A stretch of 64,000 nucleotides of DNA from Chrysomallon squamiferum (taxonomy: Eukaryota; Animalia; Mollusca). The notes under the pieces are model-generated. The model was not told the DNA's origin. It ran no database searches and saw only the letters and a program-made list of their open reading frames with translations. Of the stretch, positions 41,304-53,913 are shown one piece after another; position 1 is the first letter of the stretch; each line of letters starts with the position of its first letter. The stretch is taken from NCBI GenBank assembly GCA_012295275.1, contig CM022668.1, positions 15,934,001 through 15,998,000 of the forward strand, in the 5' to 3' direction. The translations under genes and the position numbers were made by a program.

Positions 41304-41595
41304 AAACCGGATGCTGTTCTCCTGTTTTAAACTGAAGTTTAATTTACAGCAATAATCAGTAACATGAGAAGTGTTTATTTACGAAAGTTTAAATCTATAT
41401 TTGAAAGTTAAAACATTCATTTTTGTTTGTTTGTTTTTTTGGTATTTTAATTAATCGTGTCTCCAAGACAACAGATGAATGAAATGTCGGAGGTTTGAAG
41501 TAAATATAAGTTTGATTTAAGTGTCTGGTTGCGAGGCTGGGGAGAGGTTTAATAATAAACGCCTTCTTATTTATTTATTTATTTATTATACATAC

Positions 41596-41636
<41 letters not shown>

Positions 41637-41762
41637 ATTTCTTGCATGTGTCTAAAATTTTCTTGAAACCCGGATACAACCTTGGTATTGATTTTTCCAT
41701 TCATGTTTCCTATTCGTAATCTATTACATAAAAAAGGTAAGTGGGCGTGAATCATTGTGAAA

Positions 41763-41771
41763 TTCCGGGAA
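41763..41771. promoter_or_regulatory. GAS/STAT element TTCCGGGAA in cGLR intron 1
   Basis: Exact TTCN3GAA match with a GC core, in an immune gene; function untested. Confidence 0.4.
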
Positions 41772-42017
41772 AATGTGTCACCAGTTTTCGCGTTATTTCG
41801 ACGACTTCATATTTTATTTATTAGAGATATAACCGTTCTACATATGTAAAAATAGCCGTTTTTGACATAGCACATTTTATTTTTATTTAAATTTATTTAA
41901 AATTTATTCAGATGCACAAGTCCAGACTTGTGTACGATAGATAAAATTCCTTATAATTAATTTAATTTAAAAAAAAAGAAAGATACAGAATGCGATAATA
42001 AATACTAGTACTAGTAA

Positions 42018-42056
<39 letters not shown>

Positions 42057-43084
42057 CAATAACAGCTAATAAGTGGATTGATTTGAAAATTTTCTTGTTC
42101 TTTTATTTTATTGTTGTTGTTGTTGTTGTTGTTGCTGCCGCTTCTGTTGTATGATAATACATTAAATTATCTGGAATGATTTCTTAAAACAAATATTTTA
42201 TATGATAATTATGAGTGAATAAATATTAATGAATGCTTGCAACAAGTGTTTTGTTCTCGAGTATAGTTCATAATTCAAGCAATAAAAATGCTGTAGTATT
42301 TGGATATGGGCGACATTTCCCTCTGGTAACATAAAACTGCCAACTCCAAAGTCGTAATATTCAAAGGTTTTGTAGTCTTTGCCTCTAAACCCAGAAATCT
42401 ATTTCTGTAATAAGATATGACTTAATAATAAGTATTAATGACTGAGAACAGATTTTTTTCTTGATTTTTTTATTATTATTATTTTGTGTGTACGCGTATC
42501 TGTATGCATGCGTGTGTACGTGTGTGTGTGTGTGTGTGTTGTTCTAATAAAGTGTATCTCTAAGTTTCAAGGAGAAACATTGTAAACATGCAGAGTAACA
42601 CGCTATTGAAACAAACAAAGAACCAATCGCACGAGGTACGCGAGCTTTCACCTTTTTAGTGAGTGACACAAGGCTTCAAGGAAACAGAAACCATGTAACA
42701 CTGAGGACATTCATTTCTGATCTATTTATAATTCACCTGTTTTACAGTCCACTGAACAGTAGTTTCATTTTCTAACTAAATCATCTGAATCGAATGTGAA
42801 CAGTTGATTAAATGACAGCATAGTCACAGGTTATGTATTCATTGTGTTCACATAAGTGTGATGACGATTCATCCGCATGCTCTTTTGCATTATAAAATAA
42901 TAAATAAATAACGATGACGATGATGATGATGATGATAATGATACATCCTTACATACATATATAAAAGCTTTAAAAATAAACAAAAACAGTAAGAAAAGAA
43001 AAAGCAAACGAAAAGCAATAACTAAGTGTCATATATAATAAGAAAACGTTTATAATGAAATACAGGTAACTGGAAAGTCAGCGA

Positions 43085-43116
<32 letters not shown>

Positions 43117-43244
43117 GAATAAGAATAATAATAATAAGAAGAAGAAGAAGAAGAAAATGAAGTAGAAATAAAGAAATAATTTTTAAAAATTAATAATAAT
43201 AAAAAAAATAATATTTTTTTTTAAAAAAAAAACATTTATGTTAC

Positions 43245-43440
43245 CTGTGTTAAATGCCGCCACAGCAGAAAATAATCGACGAACTTCTATGTAGGTCAAA
43301 CTGACGTCTGCTCTCAGCTGAGGATATTCAGAGAAATGAACGCCCCAAAACCGAGCTGTGACGGAGAACACCACAGACTGATGTTTGGATGAAAATCCTC
43401 TGTCACTCGATGACAAGCATCTTTCGATTTACAGAAATAC
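43245..43440 (-). other. Probable non-coding exon 1 (5' UTR) of cGLR
   Basis: GC/CpG-enriched patch ending in a CAG|GTAAC donor at 43244, just downstream of a kB site; only a short uORF (MLVIE*); 5' boundary approximate. Confidence 0.5.
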
Positions 43441-43478
43441 CTGGAAACATCGCCCCCCCACCCCCGCGCGAGTTTCTA

Positions 43479-43488
43479 GGAAATCCCC
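43479..43488 (-). promoter_or_regulatory. NF-kB site GGGGATTTCC in the putative cGLR promoter
   Basis: Exact GGGRNYYYCC match; retained and doubled in the paralogous segment at 58274-58298. Confidence 0.65.
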
Positions 43489-44724
43489 ATCTTTTGTTAT
43501 TATCAAAATAAAGAGATGATGCAAATGGCGTCAGTACGCCAAGGTCATAAGTCATTTATGACGCGTTTTTCCTCTCCTTGAAAGGACTTCTTCATTCTCC
43601 TTTCTATTTAGTATGACTACAATAAGCGTATTCAGAACTTTAAATCAAATTCAAGTTACAAATTATACACTTCTGTCGTATCCTGACAAATTTCTTACAA
43701 ATATGTAGCACGTTCTTAATTTTGAATACCAAAATGTGTGTTGTTCTCAGCCAATGACGCGACTGTTGTCGTTGTTGTTGCTGTCGGTGTCTGAAAAGTT
43801 AGATTTTTCGTCTGTGTTGTTTGATTTAGTAATTATGTGGCATAATATTTCTGTTTTAGGTAATATTTTCTTTCTGATAAAGATGTTGATTATGCAGACA
43901 ATTCTTAGCAAGTTAGATTTTTTGTGAATTTATTTCATCTATATACTATAATGAACTCGTAAAGCAAATTAATGGTAAATGATACAAAAATAATATACAA
44001 ATAATTAAAAAGTGAATGTTAGCAAAATGCTTGAAAAATGTAAAGGCTTGTGCAATTCATTAATCTTTTTTTTTTTTGAGAATTACTTAATTAAGGCTTA
44101 AGGTACATTTGAGCTAATTAGTGCAATTAATTAATTAATAAAAATTCATAAAAATTCAAAACTGTGGAAATAACGGTCACTTGACGCACTGGGTAACTTG
44201 TTACATATATAAATATTTGCTGTTCTGATTGTATTAACCCTGATGTAACTGTTGTTACAATATTACAATATTTCTATCCATCTGTATTATTCTATACTAC
44301 TGAACTGACTGTTCCTAGCTGGCGCGAATACAGGTTTTAAAAGTGTCTTGTGTTTGTTGTGTTCTAGTGTACGAAAATGTGCTACGGTATTTCTGTCTAT
44401 GCATACACAGACCCCATATCGGATACCCCTAGAGCAGTGATTCCCAACATGGGGTGCAATTCAATAATAATAGGGGAGGCAATATGAAAAAATATACTAA
44501 TATCAACATTTTTATTTTATTTTATAAAAATTATAAATTTATAGGGTAAAATTGTAATTACAGCCTAGCTGAGCACAACAGCTTGTGCAGTCTAGTCAAA
44601 TGTTCACCCACTAATGTCATCGTGCATCTGGCACCAGCTATATGCGTGGCTTCCGACTTGTTTAAGAAGGTGAGTTTTAGTTTATGAAATTTCTCTTCTC
44701 ATAGCAAAATGTGGAAAAAATCAT

Positions 44725-46140
44725 ACAATAGGGGAGAATTTAATTAATCCCGCAAATATCAACTTTTCTGAAAGTAGTTCTTGAAAAAGATGACCAAGAT
44801 CTCAAAAGCATGTCGCTCAGTAATAGAATTGATGAAATGAGTTGTGATGTAGAAGTACAACTTGTTGAAAAATTAAAATATACAAACTTTTTCAATACAG
44901 TTGGACGAATCAACTGTAAGAGATAGTGAAGCTCTGTTAATGGCCTATGTAAGATATGCTGATAATGGATAATTTATTGAGGATTTGCTATTTTGCGAAG
45001 CATTACAAACCACCACTATTGCAGTTGATATAATATAAGAAATTTAAAACATATTTAGATGATAAGCAGATACCAATGGAGAACATTATATCTTGTGCTG
45101 CAGACGGTGCTCCAGTGATGATGGGCAAGAAAAATAAAGTTTTAAACTTATTGAAAGACAGCAATCCCCAAATGTTGTTAGTGCATTGTGTTATTCATAG
45201 ACAGAATTTAGTTTCCAAAAAGGTTTTCCCTGTTCTAAACGAGACATTGAATGCAGTTATAAAATGCATCAACACTATAAAAGCTAATGCCAAATGTGAG
45301 CGTCTTTTCAAACAATTTTGCAAGGATCAAAATGCAGACTATGTAAGATTATTACTTCATACTGATGTAAGTTTCTTATCAAAGGGGAATTGCCTGAAAA
45401 GATTCATGGAATTAGTTGATATTCTTAGTGAATTCTTGGATGAGAAACCTTATATGGCTCTGTTACTGACAGTTCATGGTAAAGCACTTGTCATTCATTT
45501 AGCAGATATATTTGAAAAACTCAATGTCTTAAATAAGGAGCTACAAGGAACAAATATGACTCTTGTTAATTCAAAGGCCAAGATATTTGGCTTTATATCA
45601 TTTCTGGAATTATCCCAAGAAAATATTTCTGTCAAAACATTTGAACAATTTTACTGGCTGAATAAATGTGAGGTAACAGATGCTACTTGTCTTGTTATTG
45701 TGGAGCACTTAAAAATAATGGTAAGCGATTTCAACTTCAGATTTTCTGATTTGAAAGAAATTAATTATCCATCTTGGATGACTCAGCCATTGTTAGTGGA
45801 TCTGTCAGATGTAACCATGGAGTATCAAGGAGAACTTTCAGAATTACAAAATGATGACTCGATTAAAGCCCTGTTCAAAATCAAAGGAACAATGATGTGG
45901 TTCTGTGAAGAAACACAAGCTAAATATCCAAATACAAGTAGTTTGACAAGAAAACTACTGTTACCATTCCCATCGTCATGCTTAGTGGAATGTGGATTTA
46001 GTGCTGTGAATGACTTATTACTGAAGAAAAGAAACCGACTGGATATAACTAAACGAGGCGACTTGAGATTGAAATTAACAAAATTTCTGCCTCGGATAAA
46101 ATCTCTTTGCAGTAGACATCAGGCTCAAGGGTCTCATTAA
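44725..46140 (+). pseudogene. Buster-type hAT transposase remnant (C-terminal 354 aa open at 45076-46140)
   Basis: FSIQLDEST, ADGAPVM, HCVIHRQNL, LVECGFS, KKRNRL...AQGSH motifs; stops and frameshifts upstream of 45076; no BED finger seen; the conserved EVRWLS reads DVSFLS. Confidence 0.9.
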
Positions 46141-46280
46141 TTGATTGTAATTGAATTTATTTAATCTGATGGTAGATATGTTATACACATTATAAAATGG
46201 ACTTTATTTGATTAAATTTGACGTTAAACCCTTTAGTTTTATTTGAAAGATACAATTTTTTATGTTATACTTCTTCAAAG

Positions 46281-46652
46281 CTGATATTGTTATATCATAC
46301 TAAACAATTAACTGATATTGTTATATCATACTAAACAATTAACTGATATTGTTATATCATACTAAACAATTAACTGATATTGTTATATCATACTAAACAA
46401 TTAACTGATATTGTTATATCATACTAAACAATTAACTGATATTGTTATATCATACTAAACAATTAACTGATATTGTTATATCATACTAAACAATTAACTG
46501 ATATTGTTATATCATACTAAACAATTAACTGATATTGTTATATCATACTAAACAATTAACTGATATTGTTATATCATACTAAACAATTAACTGATATTGT
46601 TATATCATACTAAACAATTAACTGATATTGTTATATCATACTAAACAATTAA
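46281..46652. repeat. 31-bp minisatellite, 12 perfect copies (ctgatattgttatatcatactaaacaattaa)
   Basis: 372 nt = 12 x 31, no spacers; degenerate copies also follow the TIR at 46737-46795. Confidence 0.97.
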
Positions 46653-47003
46653 CGGGTGGGGGACATGAAGAATTTAGTTATATCTTACTAAAAATTAATG
46701 GGGCATGGTTAAATCTGAAATGGTTGGGAACCACTGTGAACTGAGATTGTATATCATACTAAACAATGAACTGATATATATCATACTAAATAATCAATGT
46801 CACATTTTCTTACAAACAAACTGTACTTTAATAGCAAATGGTTGGGAACAGTATAAGACATTATAATAAATACAAAAACATTTTCACAAACTAGCTACTA
46901 ACAGTATTCTACAAGTAGGTTTAACCTAAATTGTAACCTAAATAACCCGCGGTTTAATAAGAAAATTAGGACCAATTTTCTAATTTAAACAGAGAAAACA
47001 GTA

Positions 47004-47259
47004 GGTGCTACTTTGGCGTGTGATCTACAATGAGAAAACTCTATGCGCTTTTTTTAATTATTATATTTTTATTCTTATATTTTTTGTTATTTATTTTTAA
47101 TATATATTTATAATTTATCGTTGAATTGAGCTTAAAAGGTGAATAAGTTTGCTATAAACTAAAATTTCCTGTTAAATTTAAAGTAATATACAATCTTAAA
47201 AACTGACATTTCCTATATCGTCGCCATTTAAGTTGTAAATGACACGCCAAAGCAGCACC
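47004..47259. mobile_element. MITE-like element with 27-bp terminal inverted repeats
   Basis: ggtgctactttggcgtgtgatctacaa (47004-47030) matches the reverse complement of 47233-47259 at 24/27; AT-rich non-coding interior; no clear TSD. Confidence 0.65.
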
Positions 47260-47685
47260 AAACACTACATCTAAATATCCTGTTAAAACTTTCCACGGCC
47301 TGTTAGGGATCAAAACGGTTTACCATCATAATTCATCATGTGGATCTAAATATAATACATTACAAACAACAATTTTTTTTTTTGAATTTTATTACAAATG
47401 AAAAACAAATGATTAAATTATCTAAGTTTTGTTTGGAAACAGAATTTAATACAAGATCAGTCAAGGGAGAGTCAAGATAATTACGTTTAAAATGAAGACT
47501 CAGACATTTTTCGGGGGCCAGACTCTTATCACAACAAAACCAAAGACTCTCTCTTGTGATCTTGTATCTGTTTCTGTGTGTGCATGTATATAAGTATATA
47601 AGTAGATAAGTATATATTGTACGGATGTCTTTGTATATTATAGTATTATTAGAAAGTCTGCTAAGTCCTGTTTTCAAAGTACTAT

Positions 47686-48116
47686 TCACCAAGCCACATT
47701 TACACCTAAAAAATGGCGCGTTGGATCAGCCATTACGTGATCAAAATGAGAGGTTTTCACGTACACCAAGTCACCAGCATTTAGAGTGAATGTTCCGCTC
47801 AGATAACTTGGGTATTCATCATACTTTCTGGAGAAGTCAATGTCGCACTCAGTGAATTCGTTGCTAAGCAACACCTCATCTTCAGCCGTGGTTGCATTGT
47901 GTATCATCACTTGATGTTTCCAGATTCGGTGCTCACCGTAATGTTTGTCTTTCAGTTTTTGCCAGTCAAAGACCAACTGACTGTAGACTCGATACATTCC
48001 GTGTGTTGGTATGGTTATTTTACCATTTTCGTATTTCATCCAGTTCCGAATAATACTGCGTTTAAACTGGTCTTCACTGTTCCAGTTTCGAATCATCCGA
48101 ATTGATGTGTCATTTG
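47686..48116 (-). CDS. TNF-superfamily ligand, last exon: most of the TNF homology domain
   Basis: tatAG acceptor (phase 1); MKYENGKITIPTHGMYRVYSQLVF, SYLSGTFTLNAGDLVYV and HFLGV are TNF-domain strand motifs; TGA at 47686. Confidence 0.94.
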
Positions 48117-48129
48117 CTATATAAAAATA

Positions 48130-48165
<36 letters not shown>

Positions 48166-48654
48166 TGATGATAATGATAATGATTATGATAATAGTAATA
48201 ATGATAACCATAGTAATAATAATGATAACATTAATGAAAATAATGATAATGATAACAATAATAAGAATGATAATAACAACAGTATCAATAATAATAATAA
48301 AGACATAATGATGATAATGGTAATAATGATAATAATATAAAAAACAACAACAATACACATACATACTCATACATAAACGTAACCATAAACATACATAGAA
48401 ACACAAACATACGTACATGTCACCTCCAGAGTGCAGGTGAATGGGTGTCATATATTTAAGACTCATCACTGGTGCTTTGTGAGGTATGACAGGACTTTGT
48501 CATCCTCTACCAGTGCTTTCCTCACTATTGTCTAAGTGCAGAGTCACATGCACACAAGACAGAGAACAGTCATTCATAAATACATACAAATATACATACT
48601 GTTGTATACAATTGTAAATCAGCTTAACAGAATAAAACAACCACTTACTCCAGT

Positions 48655-48722
48655 AAACTACACTGCCAATATGGCACCTAACACTGGCACTAAGTTATTA
48701 ATATCCCATAATATATAGTATA

Positions 48723-48761
<39 letters not shown>

Positions 48762-49364
48762 AAACACAACATACACACACACACTACACTGCCAATATGG
48801 CATTCACACTGGTGCAGTTATTAATATACCATAATATGTAGTATAATACATACACACACACACACACACAAACACAGTATAACTAACACATGCACAGTAT
48901 AACTAAATCACACACACACACACACATAAACACACACACACACACACACACTACACTGCCAATATGGCACACACAAAGTTATTAATATCCCAAATATATA
49001 GTATAATACACACACACACACACACACACAACACAGTATAACTAACACACACACAACTAACACACCACAATATACACACAAACAAATACACACACACACA
49101 CTGGTGCAAAGTTATTAATATCCCATAATACACACACACACAAACACACACACACACACATAAACTAAATCACACACACACAAAAACAAACACACATAAC
49201 AGTATACACACACACACACAAACACACACACAAAAGTATAACTAACACATGCACAGTATAACTAAATCACACACACACACACACATAAACACACACACTA
49301 CACTGCCAATATGGCATTCACACTGGTGCAAAGTTATTAATATCCCATAATACACAGTGTCTCA

Positions 49365-49456
<92 letters not shown>

Positions 49457-49470
49457 AACACACACACACA
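48655..49470. repeat. Compound repeat: ~55-bp unit (ctacactgccaatatggca...aagttattaatatcccataat) interleaved with (CA)n
   Basis: Unit starts near 48658, 48784, 48951 and 49298, separated by CA tracts. Confidence 0.85.
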
Positions 49471-49580
49471 CAGATACATATAAACACATTTGTACATACA
49501 AATAAAGATACAAGTGATCTGAGATTGAAAGGTTCAGAAAAAAAAAAAAAGAAAAAGAAGAATAACAAAAAAACACCTAC

Positions 49581-49646
49581 TGTAATCTGTTTTTTCCAAT
49601 CCTTGTAGGTGAACCATTGGTTTAAACAGACTCAACTGATGAAGAG
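49581..49646 (-). CDS. TNF ligand exon: strand A (KPMVHLQG)
   Basis: gttttAG acceptor, A|GTAGGT donor, 66 nt, phase 1/1; (T)LHQLSLFKPMVHLQGLEKTDY matches the KPxAHL motif that opens TNF domains. Confidence 0.88.
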
Positions 49647-49808
49647 CTAAAACATAAATAAACAATGACTTTAATATTTTAACTACTGTTTGTACTTTGA
49701 TTCTTCTTTCTCTTATTAGTATTAGTAGTGATTACTAGTACTAGTAGCAGCATTAGTAGAGATAGTGGTAGTAATAGTAGTTTACTGCATTACTTGCTTA
49801 TTTCATTC

Positions 49809-49847
<39 letters not shown>

Positions 49848-50190
49848 ACAGTGATGTATGTTACATATGCCTAATGATTTTATAAATGTCAAATAATATA
49901 TACTGTCTATGCCTAATGATATATACACCAGAATTCATTAATGTACTTCTGTGTTAGGAAATTTAAAAATAAAAAATAAAAAAAAAAAAAAAAAAAAATA
50001 AATAAATAAAAAAAAAAATATACAAAATAGATTAACTGTTAACATTATCAAACAAATCATAAAGCTCATAAATAATAATAAAATTCAATAAGGTTAGCTA
50101 TCCCATGAAGAAAATATGTTTTTAATTGTTGTTAGAAACCGGCGAAACATAACAATTAGCTTTACATTACAAAAATATAAAACTTCTTAC

Positions 50191-50260
50191 TAATTGATCT
50201 TTTTCTCCTCAGTGGTTTAACAGATGAATTTTTTGTTTCATTTAAACTTCTTTCATAAAT
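50191..50260 (-). CDS. TNF ligand stalk exon with the furin site RRKR
   Basis: cttttcAG acceptor, A|GTAAGA donor, 70 nt, phase 0 to 1; IYERSLNETKNSSVKPLRRKRSI. Confidence 0.85.
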
Positions 50261-50820
50261 CTGAAAAGTTAAAATGAATGAAGAATAATGAATATAATAA
50301 TGGTTTCTAAGACACATTTTCTAAAGTGGTGGTGGATGTTTGGTATGTATTTAATTGTCAAAGGAAATGGCATCAGAAAAGTGTGTATGTGTGTTTTATT
50401 AGTGCATGTATATGTAGATATGTTTCTCTTTTTAATTTTTTTTATTTCACTCAATCCTTATTCAAAATTTGGATGATTTTCAAAATGTGGACACTATCTG
50501 GAACATCTACACACAGGAGACTGAAGAAAGGTCAACAAAAAACATAAAAACATCTAAAGACGAAAGGAAGGTAAACATTTAATACAACTAAACAAGGTAT
50601 AAAGAAGATGGGAATGTGAACAATTTATAACAGAATATAGAGAGGAAAGAAAGATAAAACATTTAATAACAAGATTATAAAAGAAGGAATGAAGGTAGAC
50701 ATTTAATAAAAAAAAAGAGTATAAATCAAAAAGAAGAAAAAACATTTGGTAACAAAGTATTAAACGTTTAATAAAAATTTGTAAGGAAGAAAGGAATGTA
50801 AACATTTTTAATAAAGGAAA

Positions 50821-51798
50821 GTATAAACACTTAGTAACAAGGTGCAAAGAAGAAATCATGTGTGCAAACATTTAGTAACAAGGTGCAAAGAAGAAATCAT
50901 GTGTAAACACTTAGTAACAAGGTGCAAAGAAGAAATCATTAGTAACAAAGGTAAACATTTAGTAACAAGGTACAAAGAAAAAGAAAATCATGTGTAAACA
51001 TTTAGTAAAGGTGCAAAGAAATCACAAAAAAGAAGAAATCAGTAAACAAAGAAGAAATCATGTGTAAACATTTAGTAACAAGGTGCAAAGAAACAAGGTG
51101 CAAATCATATGTAAACATTTAGTAACAAGGTGCAAAGAAGAAATCATATGTAAAACATTTAGTAACAAGGTGCAAAGAAGAAATCATGTGTAAACATTTA
51201 GTAAAAGGTGCAAAAGAAGAAATCAAAAAAGAAAAATCATGTGTAAACATTTAGTAACAAGGTGCAAAGAAGAAATCATGTGTAAACATTTAAAAAACAT
51301 CATTGCAAACAAGAAAAGAAGAAATCATATGTAAACATTTAGTAACAAGGTGCAAAGAAGAAATCATGTGTAAACAACAAGGTTATGTGTAAACAAGGTA
51401 ACAAGGTGCAAAGAAAAATCATGTGTAAACATTTAGTAACAAAAGGTAAACATTTAGTAAAAAGAAAGAAATCATATGTAAAATCATTTAAACATAAACA
51501 AGGTGCAAAGAAGAAATCATATGTAAACATTTAGTAACAAGGTACAAAGAAGAAATCATATGTAAACATTTAGTAACAGGTACAAAGAAGAAATCATAAA
51601 CACTTAGTAAACACTTAAACACTAACAAACAAGGTACAAAGAAGAAATCATGTGTAAACACTTAGTAACAAGGTACAAAGAAGAAATCATGTGTAAACAT
51701 TTAGTAACAGGTGCAAAGAAGAAATCATATGTAAACATTTAGTAACAAGGTGCAAAGAAGAAATCATATGTAAACATTTAGTAACAGGTGCAAAGAAG
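50821..51798. repeat. 39-bp minisatellite, roughly 25 variably degenerate copies (gtaaacatttagtaacaaggtgcaaagaagaaatcatrt)
   Basis: Period 39 (e.g. gtaaac at 51731 and 51770); lies in a TNF intron. Confidence 0.93.
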
Positions 51799-52503
51799 CC
51801 TGGAAGGAAACAGTACAAATGAAAATTAGAAAAATGTGACAATATACATCTGCAGGGATCATCCGAGTCTATATTCTTTGCAATATTTTTAACCTTACAG
51901 TTACCGTTTAAAATCATCTACGACACAGTATCTCGCAATGGTATCGGCATATGATTTTTTAAATGCTAAATTATGTTGAGGAATAAAACAAAACTATTTA
52001 TTTATATATTGCAATGATTTTACTGTTTTAATTTAAAATAAATATGAACTTGAACATTATTTACACTGGTGATTGTGTTTCAGTGTTTGTATTCATGGTC
52101 GGCTGATGTGATTTCCAGTTTGAACAAAAATTAACAGATTTAAAAAAAAAAAAAAAATTCTGAATCTTTATTTGGCAATTCAAAATCATCATTAACGTCC
52201 ACGGTATTTTAATATCACAAATTGCCTTTCATTCGCTATTCCAGTATGTTTACAGGACAAAAATGGAAATAGTGTTTTTCACTTTCTCGTGCTCTCCTGG
52301 TATTTTAATGTTTGTATGAAGACCTTTTTACATTGCTGTACAAAATAAATCATACCAAATAAAATGTTATATTAACATTCTAACGAAACGCCCAAGCCTA
52401 AAGCTATTGCTTAGTACATATTTAAATTATTATTATTTTCTTAATGTTATTTGTAATAATTATTAATTTATTTTTAGATTTATTATTTTTACATGAAATA
52501 ATG

Positions 52504-52546
<43 letters not shown>

Positions 52547-52560
52547 TTATAAATAAAAAC

Positions 52561-52641
52561 CTTCTTGAAATCGCATTTTCCAATACATTTAGTTGTTTGA
52601 TTAATTTCCTTCCTTTTTGTAAAAAGCACTGCAGTAGTTTC
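52561..52641 (-). CDS. TNF ligand, candidate optional stalk exon (paralogous to 53082-53150)
   Basis: gtcAG acceptor, weak AAG|GTTTTT donor, 81 nt, phase 0/0; ETTAVLFTKRKEINQTTKCIGKCDFKK. Confidence 0.45.
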
Positions 52642-53081
52642 CTGACATAAAACGCAATTATAATCTACAGGCGTTTGTCGACAGTAAAATAAATAAAACA
52701 ATAGACACACTTCCTCCAAAGATATTGATAAAAAAAAATCACCAAAACAAAGACCTTTATTCTGTACGAAGTAAGCATTATGGCGGAGAAATAGTAACAT
52801 CGGACACAAAACGAGTCACGTGACGCTTCACATCAATAATTCTACGCTACACTATTCGGGACAAAATTTAATAAACGCGTAGTTGTTGCATGCAGTTTTT
52901 TGCCGAATTATTACAATTCTGATATGAATTAATCACTTGTTTTTGTGATGATGACAATCATCATTATTACAAACCTTGTTATTATAAATAGTCATTGTAT
53001 CTGCCTATAGGAGTATTAGTAACTGTAATATAGGTATGTCTACTTAAGAAAAAAGAAAAGAAAGAAAAGTACGATGAATAC

Positions 53082-53150
53082 CTCTTTGAAGTCGCTCTTT
53101 CCAATGCAATATTTACTGTTGGATTTTTCTTCGTTTGCAAGAAATCCTTC
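53082..53150 (-). CDS. TNF ligand stalk exon 2
   Basis: Poly-T plus gtAG acceptor, GAG|GTATTC donor, 69 nt, phase 0/0; [23 protein letters not shown]. Confidence 0.72.
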
Positions 53151-53153
53151 CTA

Positions 53154-53189
<36 letters not shown>

Positions 53190-53311
53190 TCTTTTGTTCA
53201 GTGGTGGCTGGGGCTCACGTTTGTTTCTGGTTTATTAACGACACAGACGAGAGAACAGAGCAGATATTGAATGTCCTGCCATATATATTTATTTCAGACG
53301 AGTTTGGAGCG

Positions 53312-53792
53312 GTGTCTGTGTGTCTGTTTCTGTGTGTGTGTGTCTGTGTGTGTGGATGTGTGTGTGTGTATATGTGTGTATGTGTGTGTATGTGTGTGTC
53401 TATGTTTATGTGTATGTGTGTGTATGTGTATATGTGTGTGTGTGAATGTCTGTATGCGTGCATGTGTGTGTGTATGTGTGTGAGTGTGTGTGTATGTGTG
53501 TATGTGTCTGTGAGTGTGTGTATGTGTGTATGTGTGTGTATGTGTGTACGTGTGTGAGTGTATGTGTGTATGTGTGTGTGTGTGTATGTGTGTGTATGTG
53601 TGTGTATGTGTGTGTGTGTATGTGTGTGTATGTATGTGTGTATGTATGTGTGTATGTGTGTGTGTATGTGTGTATATATGTGTGTGTATGTATGTGTATG
53701 TGTGTATGTGTGTGTATGTGTATGTGTGTGTGTGTATGTGTGTGTATGTATGAGTGTATGTGTGTGTGTATGTATGTGTGTATGTATGTGTA

Positions 53793-53827
<35 letters not shown>

Positions 53828-53880
53828 GTATGTGTGTATGTGTGTGTGTATGTATGTGTGTGTATGTATGTGTGTGTGTA

Positions 53881-53913
<33 letters not shown>

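Larger units (their letters stand above)
44435..46736 (+). mobile_element. hAT superfamily DNA transposon (Buster/Charlie/ZBED5-like), decayed
   Basis: TIRs CAGTGATTCCCAAC (44435-44448) and GTTGGGAACCACTG (46723-46736), 13/14 match; left flank CCCTAGAG has the central TA typical of Buster targets; internal transposase remnant. Confidence 0.92.

Noticed and set aside
43183-43416. 77-aa ORF as a coding first exon of cGLR
   Set aside because: It starts at TTG, and splicing at its phase-1 donor to 39984 hits TGA almost immediately; treated as 5' UTR.
45076-46140. Domesticated ZBED5/SCAND3-like gene or active transposase
   Set aside because: The first catalytic Asp lies in a frameshifted, stop-interrupted upstream part, the RW motif is mutated, and TIRs are still present.
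46281-46652. CRISPR-like array of 31-bp repeats
   Set aside because: Units are head-to-tail with no spacers, there are no cas genes and the context is eukaryotic; it is a minisatellite.
46850-47680. AU-rich elements in the TNF 3' UTR
   Set aside because: Scattered ATTTA pentamers are expected at this AT content; no clustered nonamer array was seen.
48424-48468. Possible alternative TNF strand-A exon (MSLKYMTPIHLHSG, phase-1 GTGACA donor)
   Set aside because: Poor acceptor with no pyrimidine tract and only weak similarity to SLFKPMVHLQG; probably chance.
50821-51798. 39-bp repeats with variable gaps resembling repeat-spacer structure, with short ORFs
   Set aside because: The variable parts are truncated pieces of the same unit; intronic minisatellite, possibly poorly polished.
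51840-52335. Extra TNF mini-exons near 51917 and 52335
   Set aside because: Acceptor-like AGs exist, but I found no convincing donor giving a phase compatible with the flanking phase-0 exons.
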